Source: Octopus bimaculoides (taxonomy: Eukaryota). Taken from it: a stretch of DNA of 61,058 nucleotides. The notes beneath the pieces were generated by a model. That model ran no database searches. It was not told where the DNA came from and saw only the letters and a list, made by a program, of their open reading frames with translations. The first letter of the stretch is position 1. Every line of letters starts with the position of its first letter. The stretch lies in assembly GCF_001194135.2 (NCBI RefSeq), contig NC_068990.1, forward strand, positions 58,366,664 through 58,427,721, read 5' to 3'. Position numbers and translations under genes: made by a program. Positions 12,460 through 23,600 of the stretch are shown piece by piece.

Positions 12460-12990
12460 TTTCTTTTCGTTGCCCAGTGTATTACTACGTGTAACGAGGA
12501 ATTTAGTTTTATCATTGATATCATTGTTCCTCTCTACGTTAGCTTTCTTATATTTAGAGGAAATCATGTCTTTTAGCAACTTATTGTATAAATCATTAAT
12601 AACCTCAAAGTCTTATGCGAAAATACGAACTTCTTTTTTAGAACTCCTTAAGTTTTTAATATCAGATTTCATTTTAGTTTGAAAGAAGACATGGTATTTA
12701 CAAAATCTAATATTGATAACTAAATTAAGGATGTCAGACTTAAAGGGGACTAAATCCTTAATAATAGGAGGGTATTTACTTGTCTTTAAATCATAACGTT
12801 CTCTATATGTAGGAGATACTTTGGAATAAAAAAAGAAAGCTTTCCATCTCATCCGTTTCGGAAGATCTTCAACTTTCTCAAGTACTATCCTGAGATACAG
12901 TTTATTTGGTAGTGTAGGTATATTTTTTGAAGAGTAATCCATGTGGTGTAAATCCATAATAGTATGCAACTTGTTTGAATCTTTAGAGCT
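12460..12990 (-). pseudogene. Penelope-like element N-terminal ORF relic
   Basis: YSSKNIPT...LEKVEDLPKRMRWKAFFF...FQTKMKSDIKNLRSSKKEVRIFA, then LYNKLLKDMISSKYKK. Resembles the region upstream of the RT in PLEs (from recall). Confidence 0.7.
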
Positions 12991-13329
12991 ACTTTATTTA
13001 ACAAAGCAATCACGCCAATCATATGGCAGTTATGGATTTGCAGTGAAAAGCCAACGTTAGGAGGTATATAATGCACTGAACTGTGATAGAGAATTCAACA
13101 AGAATAGCACTCTATCTGGTGAGATATAAAAATTATCTATTTAACGGTCACAATACATGTATTAAAGCGCTACTAATAGTTTCACATGTTGAGAAAAATC
13201 ATATTCATCAAGCGCAAGCCACATACCATAACGAAATGAAGAAATTGAATAATAGAAGAAACGCTAAAAAGGCAGCATATAGAAAACGCAGACAGTAAAC
13301 ACACACACGCTCACATATGTGCGTGTGTG

Positions 13330-13556
13330 TGTGTGTGTGTGTGCGTGTGTGTAATTGTGCGTCTCTGTCATTCAACCATCGCTTGACAACTGATGTTGTT
13401 GTGTTTACGTCCACGTAACTTAGTGGTTCGGCAAAAGAGAACGAGAGAAGAGCACTAGGCTTAGAAAGAATAAGTCCTGGCGTCGATTTGTTCGGCTAAA
13501 AGCGGTGCTCCAGTCTGGCCGCAATCAAATGACTGAAAGAAGAAAAAGAATAAAAG
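13330..13556 (+). mobile_element. SINE family D, 3' half
   Basis: (GT)n then CCATCGCTTGACAAC...CTTAGTGGTTCGGCAAAAGAG...GCGGTGCTCCAG..TGGCCGCA.TCAAATGACTGAAA. Confidence 0.9.
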
Positions 13557-13693
13557 AATATATTCATGTTAATTTTTGTTATGTACATACTATGGAAATT
13601 TCAGTAAAGTGTGAAGCGCATAAAAATGTAGTCAGTAGGTAATTTGCAGGGTCTAAATACATTCAAACACACACACACACACGCACACACACG

Positions 13694-13742
<49 letters not shown>

Positions 13743-13796
13743 ATATGTATATGGACGCAGGCGTATATGTAAGTATTCGTATTATGTATATGTATG

Positions 13797-13838
<42 letters not shown>

Positions 13839-14228
13839 TGTATTTATGTATTATCTTCTGTATATACCGTTGATGAGGCAAAGCATTTCTTATGCAAAGC
13901 TATAAATCCGAGACCTGGAAATATCCAATAAATTTTTGCTAGTTTATTTTGTCTCTTTGTCTTCTCTCCTGGTGCTGTATGAATATTTGATGTGGTTTTA
14001 GAGTCAAGTTTTGACCGCTATCTCTATCATGATGGTATCTTTTAGATACCCTTAATTATAATTTTGATAATAATTATTACCTATGAGGTCTTTATTGCCA
14101 TGCTAGTCACTTGTTATGATCGGTATTTAAAAAAGCGATCTTATTCTTATTTATATGAATATATATATATATATATACATACATATACATGCAGATATTT
14201 GCATATATATGTGTGTGTGTGTGTGTAA

Positions 14229-14269
<41 letters not shown>

Positions 14270-15269
14270 TTGAATAAAGTTAAGACACTGTCTGGTCTTC
14301 ATGTTTTTTATTATGGTATTTTAACAAAATTAGCGCTTCCATACATAATGTGCACATCAAATTTCAAACGTGCTTAACTTACAGTTGATTTCTTGACAAT
14401 CTTAGTACCTCTTAGAACGCTCCAAACAGCTGAAGTTTTAGAATACCTTTGTGACCATCTGCATGCTCTTAAACATCAGTTTGCCGGGCGTACCGATAAT
14501 CTGTTAGCTGTTTCTATTCATTAATCCACAACATTAATTGTTTATAATATTATTACTGTTAATTCCGTTCAGAACAGGTCTGATCATTTTAATGAACTTT
14601 TTTTTCTTTTCTCTCTCTTCCAACCTCACTTGTGTGATGTAGTTTGTGGAAAGGAAAAATTAGAAACATTTTCTGACCACATGTCTCTATATGTTCGTTC
14701 AATGGAATTTGGCGAACATTGATGTAGAGCACGTGTTAAGGCAAGACCCGATCTTATTTTCTTTTTTACAAATGTATTTGTGATTTTTTTTTTCTTTCTG
14801 AATTAAGCATTTTCCTTCTGAATTAAGCATTTTCAAAATTGACATCTCTCACAACCATTATGAGAAAAAATATTTCACAACCATTATGAGAAAAGATATT
14901 TCTCAATTTCTCAATTTTGATCAAAGTACATTCATTTATTGATTTTTGTCATTAGGCTGTTGTCACGCTGTAGAACAAGCTTTCAAGAGTTTAGTCGAAC
15001 TTATTGCCCACATTTGTTATGGTTCAAACTTAAGGATATCTCTTTGTTGAAAAGCCAAGATGCAAAATATGGAAAGGACACAAGTAAAACAATAACCATG
15101 TATGTATTGTGCGTGTCCGTGCTTGTGTGTGCCTCTCTGCGTATATATGCATGTATATGCGGCCATATGCGTGTGTGTACGTGTGTGTAAGTATATGCGA
15201 TTATATATAAATATATTAGATTTATTCTCAAATGTACGTTAAGCAAATATATTAAGCTTCCTTCCCCCA

Positions 15270-15350
15270 TGCTGTCTCTCTCTCTCTCTCTTGCTCTCTC
15301 TCTCTCTGTCAGTATATATATATATCTATATATATATATATGTGTGTATG

Positions 15351-15384
<34 letters not shown>

Positions 15385-15385
15385 T

Positions 15386-15420
<35 letters not shown>

Positions 15421-15446
15421 TATATACATGTAAATGTTTATATATA

Positions 15447-15494
<48 letters not shown>

Positions 15495-15655
15495 CACATA
15501 TAACACACATATATATGTGCATATACATATGTATACACATCCATAAATATACATATATGTATGAGTATGTGTATGTGTGTGTATGTATATATATGTATGC
15601 ATGTAGTAAATATGTATCTATGTATATATGTGTATATATGTATGCACATATATAC

Positions 15656-15695
<40 letters not shown>

Positions 15696-15750
15696 GCATA
15701 AATACACACATACGCATGTGTATGTATGAATACATATGTATGCATACATA
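15270..15750. repeat. Compound microsatellite block (CT/TA/GA/CAGA/TG)
   Basis: Direct reading. Confidence 0.95.
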
Positions 15751-16217
15751 GATTCTTACATAAACGAACTAGCCCTTCTTAAAAATATTTCTATATTTCT
15801 TTCCGTGTTTCAATTCAATAGTGTGTCACTTCTTAAAAATCTTGCCAGCGGTTTTTCTAGGTATATCTGAATGTCGCCATCTTATTGGTTTAGATATCAT
15901 AATAACGTGCCATACGTTTATTGTCGTTGAATAACTTAATAGCCGCTACACTGTCCCTGTGACTCATCAATAACAGAGCTGTGATGTCCAGTGGACAGTC
16001 ACGGACATGTCTTCGCTTCTCTGTGTAATAGTATCGAGTGGTGAGTTGATGTGATGTGAGGTGAGGTGAAAATTGAATGAAGGTGGATAGACAACGCAGA
16101 TAGTAATACATGTAGCGATAATGGCGGTGGCGGTTGTATTACATGATTGAAATACTGGTGGGGATGGGCTTTGATAGAGAAGTAGCTCGTTCTCATAACA
16201 CGCAGCTTTTTAGGGAT

Positions 16218-16252
<35 letters not shown>

Positions 16253-17925
16253 ACACACATATCGGTCACCAGCATGTGTCTTGTTCTTTAAGAAGCAACT
16301 AAAGTATTTCTGTGGTGTACTATATATTTAGTTAGGTTTAATTAAATAATACCGAGTGCCTGTCTCCAATTACTGTATTACTAGTGTTTGTCCTTCAAAA
16401 AAAAAAAAAAAAGAAAAAAATCTCTTGTTCCCAATGACAAGGATGTAGTTTTTGCAAAATTAGGTTTCCATCGCTTATAAAGGATAGTATGTAGACTCAC
16501 ATTTTAATATTGTATTATAACAATATTAGGTTTAGTTTCTACAGGGGAAAGAGGTAATGCTTATANNNNNNNNNNNNNNNNNNNNNNNNNNNNNNNNNNN
16601 NNNNNNNNNNNNNNNNNNNNNNNNNNNNNNNNNNNNNNNNNNNNNNNNNNNNNNNNNNNNNNNNNNNNNNNNNNNNNNNNNNNNNNNNNNNNNNNNNNNN
16701 NNNNNNNNNNNNNNNNNNNNNNNNNNNNNNNNNNNNNNNNNNNNNNNNNNNNNNNTATATATATATATATATATATATATCCATTACTTGCGCGCGCGCA
16801 CACACGCATACACATACACACAAGCATACATGCACATATATACACACTGACATGCACATACACACACAGACAAACACGCACACAGACAGAGGGTACTGCA
16901 TACTTATAGGTGCATTAAAATATGTATACATTTCTACAGTATCTGTTTTTATGAGTATATGTACCAGAAAATTTAGTTCGTAAATACAGGTATATAATGT
17001 GTTCTTGTGTTAGTGCAGGTGCGTGTGTTTGTATGTGTGCATGCTATTTGTGTATATGCATATAAATATGTATATGTGGAATTATATTTTAAGCTTCGTC
17101 ATATGTGCGGTCATACGTCTGAGTGTATCCATATATACATATGTGTATGTCTTTATGTATGTATGTATGTATGTATGTATCTATCTATCTATCTATCTAT
17201 TCACGTGGAATCTTGTTCAGTAAATTACATACCTTTGTATATCCATATGAGTGAATTATGTAAGGTTTTTCTTGTAAACAGAAGCACCATGCTCATCAAA
17301 ATAACAGCCCGTACACTGCCCATTAACATCCGCTAACGGCCTTGCTTTCATTGAGTGATATACGGCGACTCCGATGAACAGACGAATGTGGTTGTAATTG
17401 CAACTTGGTTTTCTCAAGGAACTGATTCAGTCTATGAACTATTCACTTGTATGTATTTTGAATGTAGTGAAACTGAACCCGGAACCATATGATTGAATAA
17501 CAACCTTCTTACCACACAACCACGCCTATGCCTATATTATTTCATGTTACACTAGTGATATTGCCAATATAAATTGACTAAAAGAAAAGCTGTTGGGTAT
17601 ATAAACATTTATCCACATACATACGCACATAAATTCATAAACACACACTCAGACAAACATATTCAAGCACACGTGCACATAGACACACACACGCACACAC
17701 GCACGCACATACACACACACGTTAATTTTGTATGCGTTCGTGTACGGGAGACATTTTCTTTTTAGTTCACTTTGAATTTAATTAATTTTGGATTGCCTTG
17801 AAAACCTTGTTGAATGATATTTGAATATTTTCTGTATCTAAATATGTTGATACAACAGAAACGATCGCCGGCTTTCTATAGTGAATTCGACAATTAAAAA
17901 TGCAGTTTTCGCTATCTTAATCTGT

Positions 17926-17926
17926 G

Positions 17927-18001
<75 letters not shown>

Positions 18002-18025
18002 CGTGTGCGTGCGTGTGTGTGTGCG
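17926..18025. repeat. (TG)n microsatellite
   Basis: Direct reading. Confidence 0.98.
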
Positions 18026-18643
18026 AGCGTCTTTGGTCATGACTGGTCAGAAAGTTATCATTTGCTTCACGTCTATTATTGTTCTTAACAACATAGGCAA
18101 CTCAAAGGATTTACTGGTCGGAAGCACATAACCCCTTTACTAATAGATGTCTTGGTAAGCAAAGTTGTGAAACAAAAATCCCTGAAACGAAAGTTTTCGA
18201 AGCAAAATCCCCTTCTGAGCGAGATGTAGTTATCTCTGTTTCACCGGTTTCAGTCTTGTCCGTAAAGGATCAGTTTATTTACGATTTCAGTTCAATAATC
18301 AGCAAGCGAAGGATTTCGTGTCTCCAATATGAATTTTCTCTCATCAGAATCCCGTCTTTTGGAATTTAAGAAGGCCCCGGTTCAATAAACTTTTTAGGAT
18401 TCTTGCCTTTCCGGTCAAGTAAAATTTGCATCGTCAGCTCCCGTTGAAATATGGTTCAGGTTATTCCAGAAGCTTTCATTTAATCCTGTATGACGTTGCT
18501 TTCTTCTTTTAAATGCCATATGTAGTTGGCCTAAAATGTAACGATGCTCCTCTCTGAGATCCTAAAAGAGAACAAGTGGTTACTTAGTCGTTGCTCCAGA
18601 ATATTTCTATGCATGAGTCCTTACATTATTGATGCTGAGGTTG

Positions 18644-18681
<38 letters not shown>

Positions 18682-19072
18682 ATTGCTTCCATTTCTACTG
18701 CTACCGGCAGACAAGCCCTCCGCCTCGTAGAAGCATCGTCTGCCTACTGTGCATTCGCTGTTAACCCTACGTGAGCATCATGCCTTTGTGAGATGTTTAG
18801 GAGCGTTCACTAAAATCTTTTTTAACAGAAGGCGCACAGCTGAATGATTCTCTTAAGTTATGTCAATTATTTTTACCTCCATTAGAAAGGAAGTTACATG
18901 CTTCAGACCAGCATTTCTGATGACTCAACTATATTGCTATCAGCGATAATAGACGGGACACGAATGTTAACTTTCTAAGTGGCCATAACCAAAGACTACA
19001 TTAAATATTACTGCTCAAAAATAATTACTGGAGTGTGGTTTTTCGGACTTGTAACCAACTGACCCCCACCCC

Positions 19073-19104
<32 letters not shown>

Positions 19105-19139
19105 ATGTTTCGGGGTGGCCATTTTTTTCTTGCCAAATA

Positions 19140-19314
19140 AGCACATGCATTATATATTTGTCCTTAACTTCAGATTTACTATTGTTCTTATTTTATGTCC
19201 TTTGTCTAGAAATCTTTCGTCACAAGTCCTGTGACCTCTTCAGCGACTCTCCATCCTACGTGTCTCCTCTTGTTCTATTTAGTCCATTCTAAATAGAACA
19301 GGAGGAGAAACATC

Positions 19315-19378
<64 letters not shown>

Positions 19379-19490
19379 TCGCTGAAGAGGTTACAGGATG
19401 TGTGGTGAAAGATTCCCAGACGAAGGATATGTAATAAGAACAGTAATAAACATCTGAATAATCTGGAAACGATATATATTCACAAGTGTA
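19140..19490. repeat. Imperfect fold-back (long inverted repeat) with (GA)n expansion in the right arm
   Basis: Inner arms 19263-19282 and 19289-19308 match 19/20 with a 6-nt loop. Outer arms 19204-19251 and 19374-19421 are roughly 80% identical, and similarity continues outward. Confidence 0.85.
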
Positions 19491-19827
19491 CATAATCAAC
19501 TGAATATAAGTATGAGACTCCAGACTTTGAAATCTTGTGTTGCACAGGCAACCATCAATGGTTGAAGAGAAATCTCGTAATCACACATGTCTAATGCTTT
19601 GCGTAAAGGAATCGCAACACTACATCAGAAGCTGATGGATTAACATTAAGTACAATATACGCATACTCACAAAATTTATCGGTGAATGAATGTAATCTAT
19701 CGATGTTAACAGCATACTACTAGTTAGTAAGAGGCTATTCAATGAAAAGTTGCAATTCATACAATCGCAGCCTATCGACAACTACAGAGATATTAGAATT
19801 CATAAAGCAATATGATAATGCAATTTA

Positions 19828-20041
19828 AGGCAGTGTGTTCGCAGAATTGTTAGCACGACGAGCAAAAAGCTTAGTGGCGGTTCATACGTCTTTATGTTCA
19901 GATTTCAAATTCCTCCGAGGTCGACTTCGCCTTTCATCTTTCGTAATAAATAAAATAAGTACCAGTTGAAAATTGAGGTCGATGCAATCGACTTGCACTC
20001 TCCACTGTAATTGCTAGCCGTGCACCAAAATCTGAAACCAC
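19828..20041 (+). mobile_element. SINE family A (A1 tail)
   Basis: Head GCAGAATTGTTAGCACG, B-box-like GATTTCAAATTCC, tail CCAAAATCTGAAACCA. Confidence 0.9.
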
Positions 20042-20059
20042 TATTTTTACAGTATTTCA

Positions 20060-20250
20060 AGACTGCGAATTGGCAGAATTGGCAGCATGCCGGGCGAAAT
20101 GTTTAGAGGCATTTCGTCAGTCTTTACGTTCTGAGTTCAATTTCCGCCGAATTCGACCTTACCATTCATCATTTCGGGTTCAATAAAATAAGTACCAGTT
20201 GAGTACTAGAGGTCGATTACATCGACTTAGCCCCTTCCTTGAAATTTCAG
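20060..20250 (+). mobile_element. SINE family A
   Basis: TGGCAGAATT...GAGTTCAATTTCCGCCG...AATAAGTACCAGTTGAG; tandem with the previous copy. Confidence 0.9.
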
Positions 20251-20441
20251 CGAGTTGGTAGAATTGTTATGAGTTTTCACGGATGGTTTGCTTTTGAAAG
20301 ACTCAGTTCATTCAGACATATTTGTCATAGTTCTGGATTGATCACTACCGTACGTATTCGTCTTGACATTCAGTATGGGATACTTCGATCGATATGTGAA
20401 GGTGGCATGAGTAGAAATTTAAATAATGTGTATCCGTCTTA

Positions 20442-20504
20442 TTGTAGGAAAACTTCCATTTCTTGTAGGAAAACTTCCATTTCTTGTAGGAAAGCTTCCA
20501 TTTC
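20442..20504 (+). repeat. 21-bp tandem repeat x3
   Basis: TTGTAGGAAAACTTCCATTTC three times, one substitution in copy 3. Confidence 0.95.
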
Positions 20505-20565
20505 TTCGGACTAACATCCTTATTTCCAAAACACTATACTGTGCACCATCGTTTTATTCCTCTGT

Positions 20566-20637
<72 letters not shown>

Positions 20638-20948
20638 ATGTGAATGTGTAAGAGAGAGAGAGAGAGAGAGAAGAGGAAGAAAATGGAGAAATTGACATGC
20701 AAACATCAGTCTATTCAAAGATATTAAAAACCATATAATGAAATTCCTGTCCTACAGCCGTTTCCATATCCAGTTAGCTCAATTATAGAAATTAAATCAA
20801 GTTAATTTAAGTTTTCATGTTGAAACTGGATAACTGGGTATTTCATCAGGGGAGAATTCCTAAAAGGGAGTTACATTTCAACGTGTTGGTTGACCTACGA
20901 CAGACTCAGATGTGTACATTTTTGAATGAATTCGTTGTTTAAAAAAAG

Positions 20949-21340
20949 TTCTGAGCTCCAGTTTCGCCAAGGTCAACTTTGCCTTTCATCCTTTCAGGGT
21001 TGATTAAATAAGTACCAGTTATGCACTGGTGTCGATGAAATCAACTAGACCCCCTCCCCCAAATTTCAGGCCTTGTGCCTATAGTAGAAAGGATTATTAT
21101 TGTTGTTATTATTAAGGCAGCAAACTGGCAGAATCATTACCGCGCCAGGCAAAATGCTTAGTGACATTTTGTCCGTCTTTATGTTCTGAGTTCAAATTCC
21201 TTCAAAGTCAACTTTGCCTTCCATCCATTCGGGGTTGATAGATTAAGTACTATGAAACACTGGAATCAATGTAATTGACTTGTTGCCTCCCCACAAATTT
21301 TAGGCCTTGTGCCTTTAGTAGGAAGGATTATTATTATTAT
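20949..21340 (+). mobile_element. Two tandem SINE family A copies (A2 tail)
   Basis: A 5'-truncated copy at 20949-21110 and a full copy at 21114-21340, both ending CTTGTGCCT.TAGTAG.AAGGATTATTATT. Confidence 0.9.
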
Positions 21341-21484
21341 CGTTATTAAATCATCTGTAAGACTAGCCAAATTATGTTATACTTCATTTGATAAATCAAG
21401 TTATAAACTTTACATATGCAAGTGGTATTATATAGAAATGAAAGAAGACGACAAATATCCGTCAACTGTAAAAAATATAATGTA

Positions 21485-21712
21485 TTAGGTTGTCCGGAAA
21501 GTTCGTGCCGATTTACAGTAGCTTACCTTTCGACTTATTTGCCATGAAACCACCTCAATTCTGGGAAGAGGGTATTTTCAAGTTAAAGGAAAGATGGAGA
21601 CGCATCGTGCAACAAAATGGTTTCTATTTGGTTGATTAAAAATGTAATGGCAAGTATTTATTGACCTTTTTCTTTCCTTTAAAAATCGGCACGAACTTTC
21701 CGGACAACCCAA
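21485..21712 (+). mobile_element. Mariner-derived MITE (228 bp)
   Basis: 30-bp TIRs matching 29/30 (TT[A/G]GGTTGTCCGGAAAGTTCGTGCCGATTT) with TA on both sides. Retains the transposase C-terminus KPPQFWEEGIFKLKERWRRIVQQNGFYLVD*. Confidence 0.95.
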
Positions 21713-22029
21713 TACATAATTTCTCATGTCTCAAATATAGAACTGTATTCATCAAGCGTTTGTTAAAAATACTGAAGACAAAAAAAAATATGAGGTATCA
21801 AAACTGCTAGTTAATTACCATGTGATAGTGTTGCGTCATCAATATTTGTGCGTAAATCTACAGTCAATATAAGCTCTGTAAACAAAATCAAAACCTAGAT
21901 ATTACCAGATATTATTTATAGACAATTTATATTAAAACTAAGTACACTACGATTGTAATTACTATTAAGATAATATGTTTTATTTCAAATTTAGTTTTAT
22001 AGATTATTATAAGAATTTCAACGAAATTA

Positions 22030-22272
22030 TTTGTTTCAGTCATTTGACTGCAACCATGCTGGTGCACCACCTTTAGTCGAACAAATCGACCCCAGGACTT
22101 ATTCTCTGTAAGCCTAGTACTTATTCTATCGGACCCTTTTGCCGAACCGCTAAGTTACGGGGACGTAAACACACCAGCATCGGTTGTGAAGCGATGGTGA
22201 GGGGACAATCACACACAAACAACACACACACACATACACACACACACATATACGACGGGCTTCTTTCAATTT
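22030..22272 (-). mobile_element. SINE family D, 3' half plus internal (CA)n
   Basis: TTTCAGTCATTTGACTGC..CCATGCTGG.GCACC.CCTTTAGTCGAACAAATCGACCCCAGGAC matches the other D copies. Confidence 0.9.
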
Positions 22273-23147
22273 CTGTCGACTTTTTTCTGAATTGTTCAGT
22301 GTTATTTATGGTTTAAATGAGGGTTTTAATTCCTCTTTCTAGCAGGTAGGTGACTTGTGTACTCTTATGATTGATATAATTTTTATTTCTATAGCTATCT
22401 AATGCTATTTAATGCTTACAACCACCTATATTATGGTTGTTGTTATTATGAACTATTTATGTTTACCGCAAATAATAATAACAATAATAATATCTATATA
22501 AATATTAACTTCTGAATATTTACTCCTTGTTAGTATATTTACACTGAAGCTGTTCTGATTTTGGCTCAAAACAATTCAGAACGCCGGCAGGCTTCAACGT
22601 GACGAGCTGAAAAGATTTTTTGAATTGATGAAACTTGCTGATGAAGGTAAGGCTTTTCGCCAGAACTAGAAATCATGATGCAAGTGTATCCAAATACCAA
22701 AATATATAGCATTGAAGTACATTGGTATGTTAAAAATTCTTTAACCCATTCACCCAACTACTATTGATTTTCTGTTTGAATTTCTCAATGCTATTGGTGG
22801 TTTAAATGAGGGTCTTAACTCCTCTTTCTAGCAAGTAGGCGCCTCGTGCGCCGTTATGATATTTATATATNNNNNNNNNNNNNNNNNNNNNNNNNNNNNN
22901 NNNNNNNNNNNNNNNNNNNNNNNNNNNNNNNNNNNNNNNNNNNNNNNNNNNNNNNNNNNNNNNNNNNNNNNNNNNNNNNNNNNNNNNNNNNNNNNNNNNN
23001 NNNNNNNNNNNNNNNNNNNNNNNNNNNNNNNNNNNNNNNNNNNNNNNNNNNNNNNNNNNNNNNNNNNNNNNNNNNNNNNNNNNNNNNNNNNNNNNNNNNA
23101 TATATATATATATATATATATACTTTATTTAAAAGCAGCAGAAATAT

Positions 23148-23201
23148 AACAAAAGGCTGTTAATCTGAGTTTCACGTTCCCGTTCATCGGACAGTTTTGT
23201 T
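23148..23201 (-). ncRNA. Degenerate type I hammerhead ribozyme motif
   Basis: Minus strand AACAAAA-CUGU-CCGAUGA-ACG(GGAA)CGU-GAAAC-UCAGA-UUA-ACAG-CC-UUUUGUU. Stems I and II are intact; there are two departures from consensus (CUGAUGA to CCGAUGA; GUA to UUA). Confidence 0.6.
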
Positions 23202-23289
23202 GCACATTTCATATATATATATATATACATATAGTAATTCAACACAGTAAATTCAATAAACGCAATGCCAATGCTTAGTAATAACCAAC

Positions 23290-23600
23290 AAATCGATCCT
23301 CAAATGCGCTTTGGATATAGAATAAATGAACACATTATCTGAGAACTTATCAAACAAAACGTAACGTACATTATACTCTAGTCATAAAAGAGTTTTATTA
23401 ATTTATAAGCAAAACACATTAAAATGGACATGCCCTCATTATGAAAAATTCGAAAGCTTGCAGACCAATTAAATTCATTTCGGATGACTTCGGATGATAA
23501 ACCCGTAAGCAAACACAAATGTTTTAAACATTAGACGTTCATGAACGACTCTAGTACTTTTAGACATTTGGATATGCCTTTACAACCAATGCGCTATAGT
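23290..23600 (+). pseudogene. Probable Penelope-like C-terminal (thumb/GIY-YIG region) relic
   Basis: QMRFGYRINEHII*ELIKQNVT and TFMNDSSTFRHL resemble PLE C-terminal sequence as I recall it. Heavily decayed, and the GIY-YIG core itself is not readable. Confidence 0.45.

Noticed and set aside
14380-14525. Open frame after a TTACAG acceptor (VDFLTILVPL...)
   Set aside because: No recognisable protein and no good donor site.
16143-16196. UBA-like peptide MIEILVGMGFDREVAR
   Set aside because: In-frame stop just upstream with no AG acceptor in between, and the following residues do not continue a UBA fold; probably chance.
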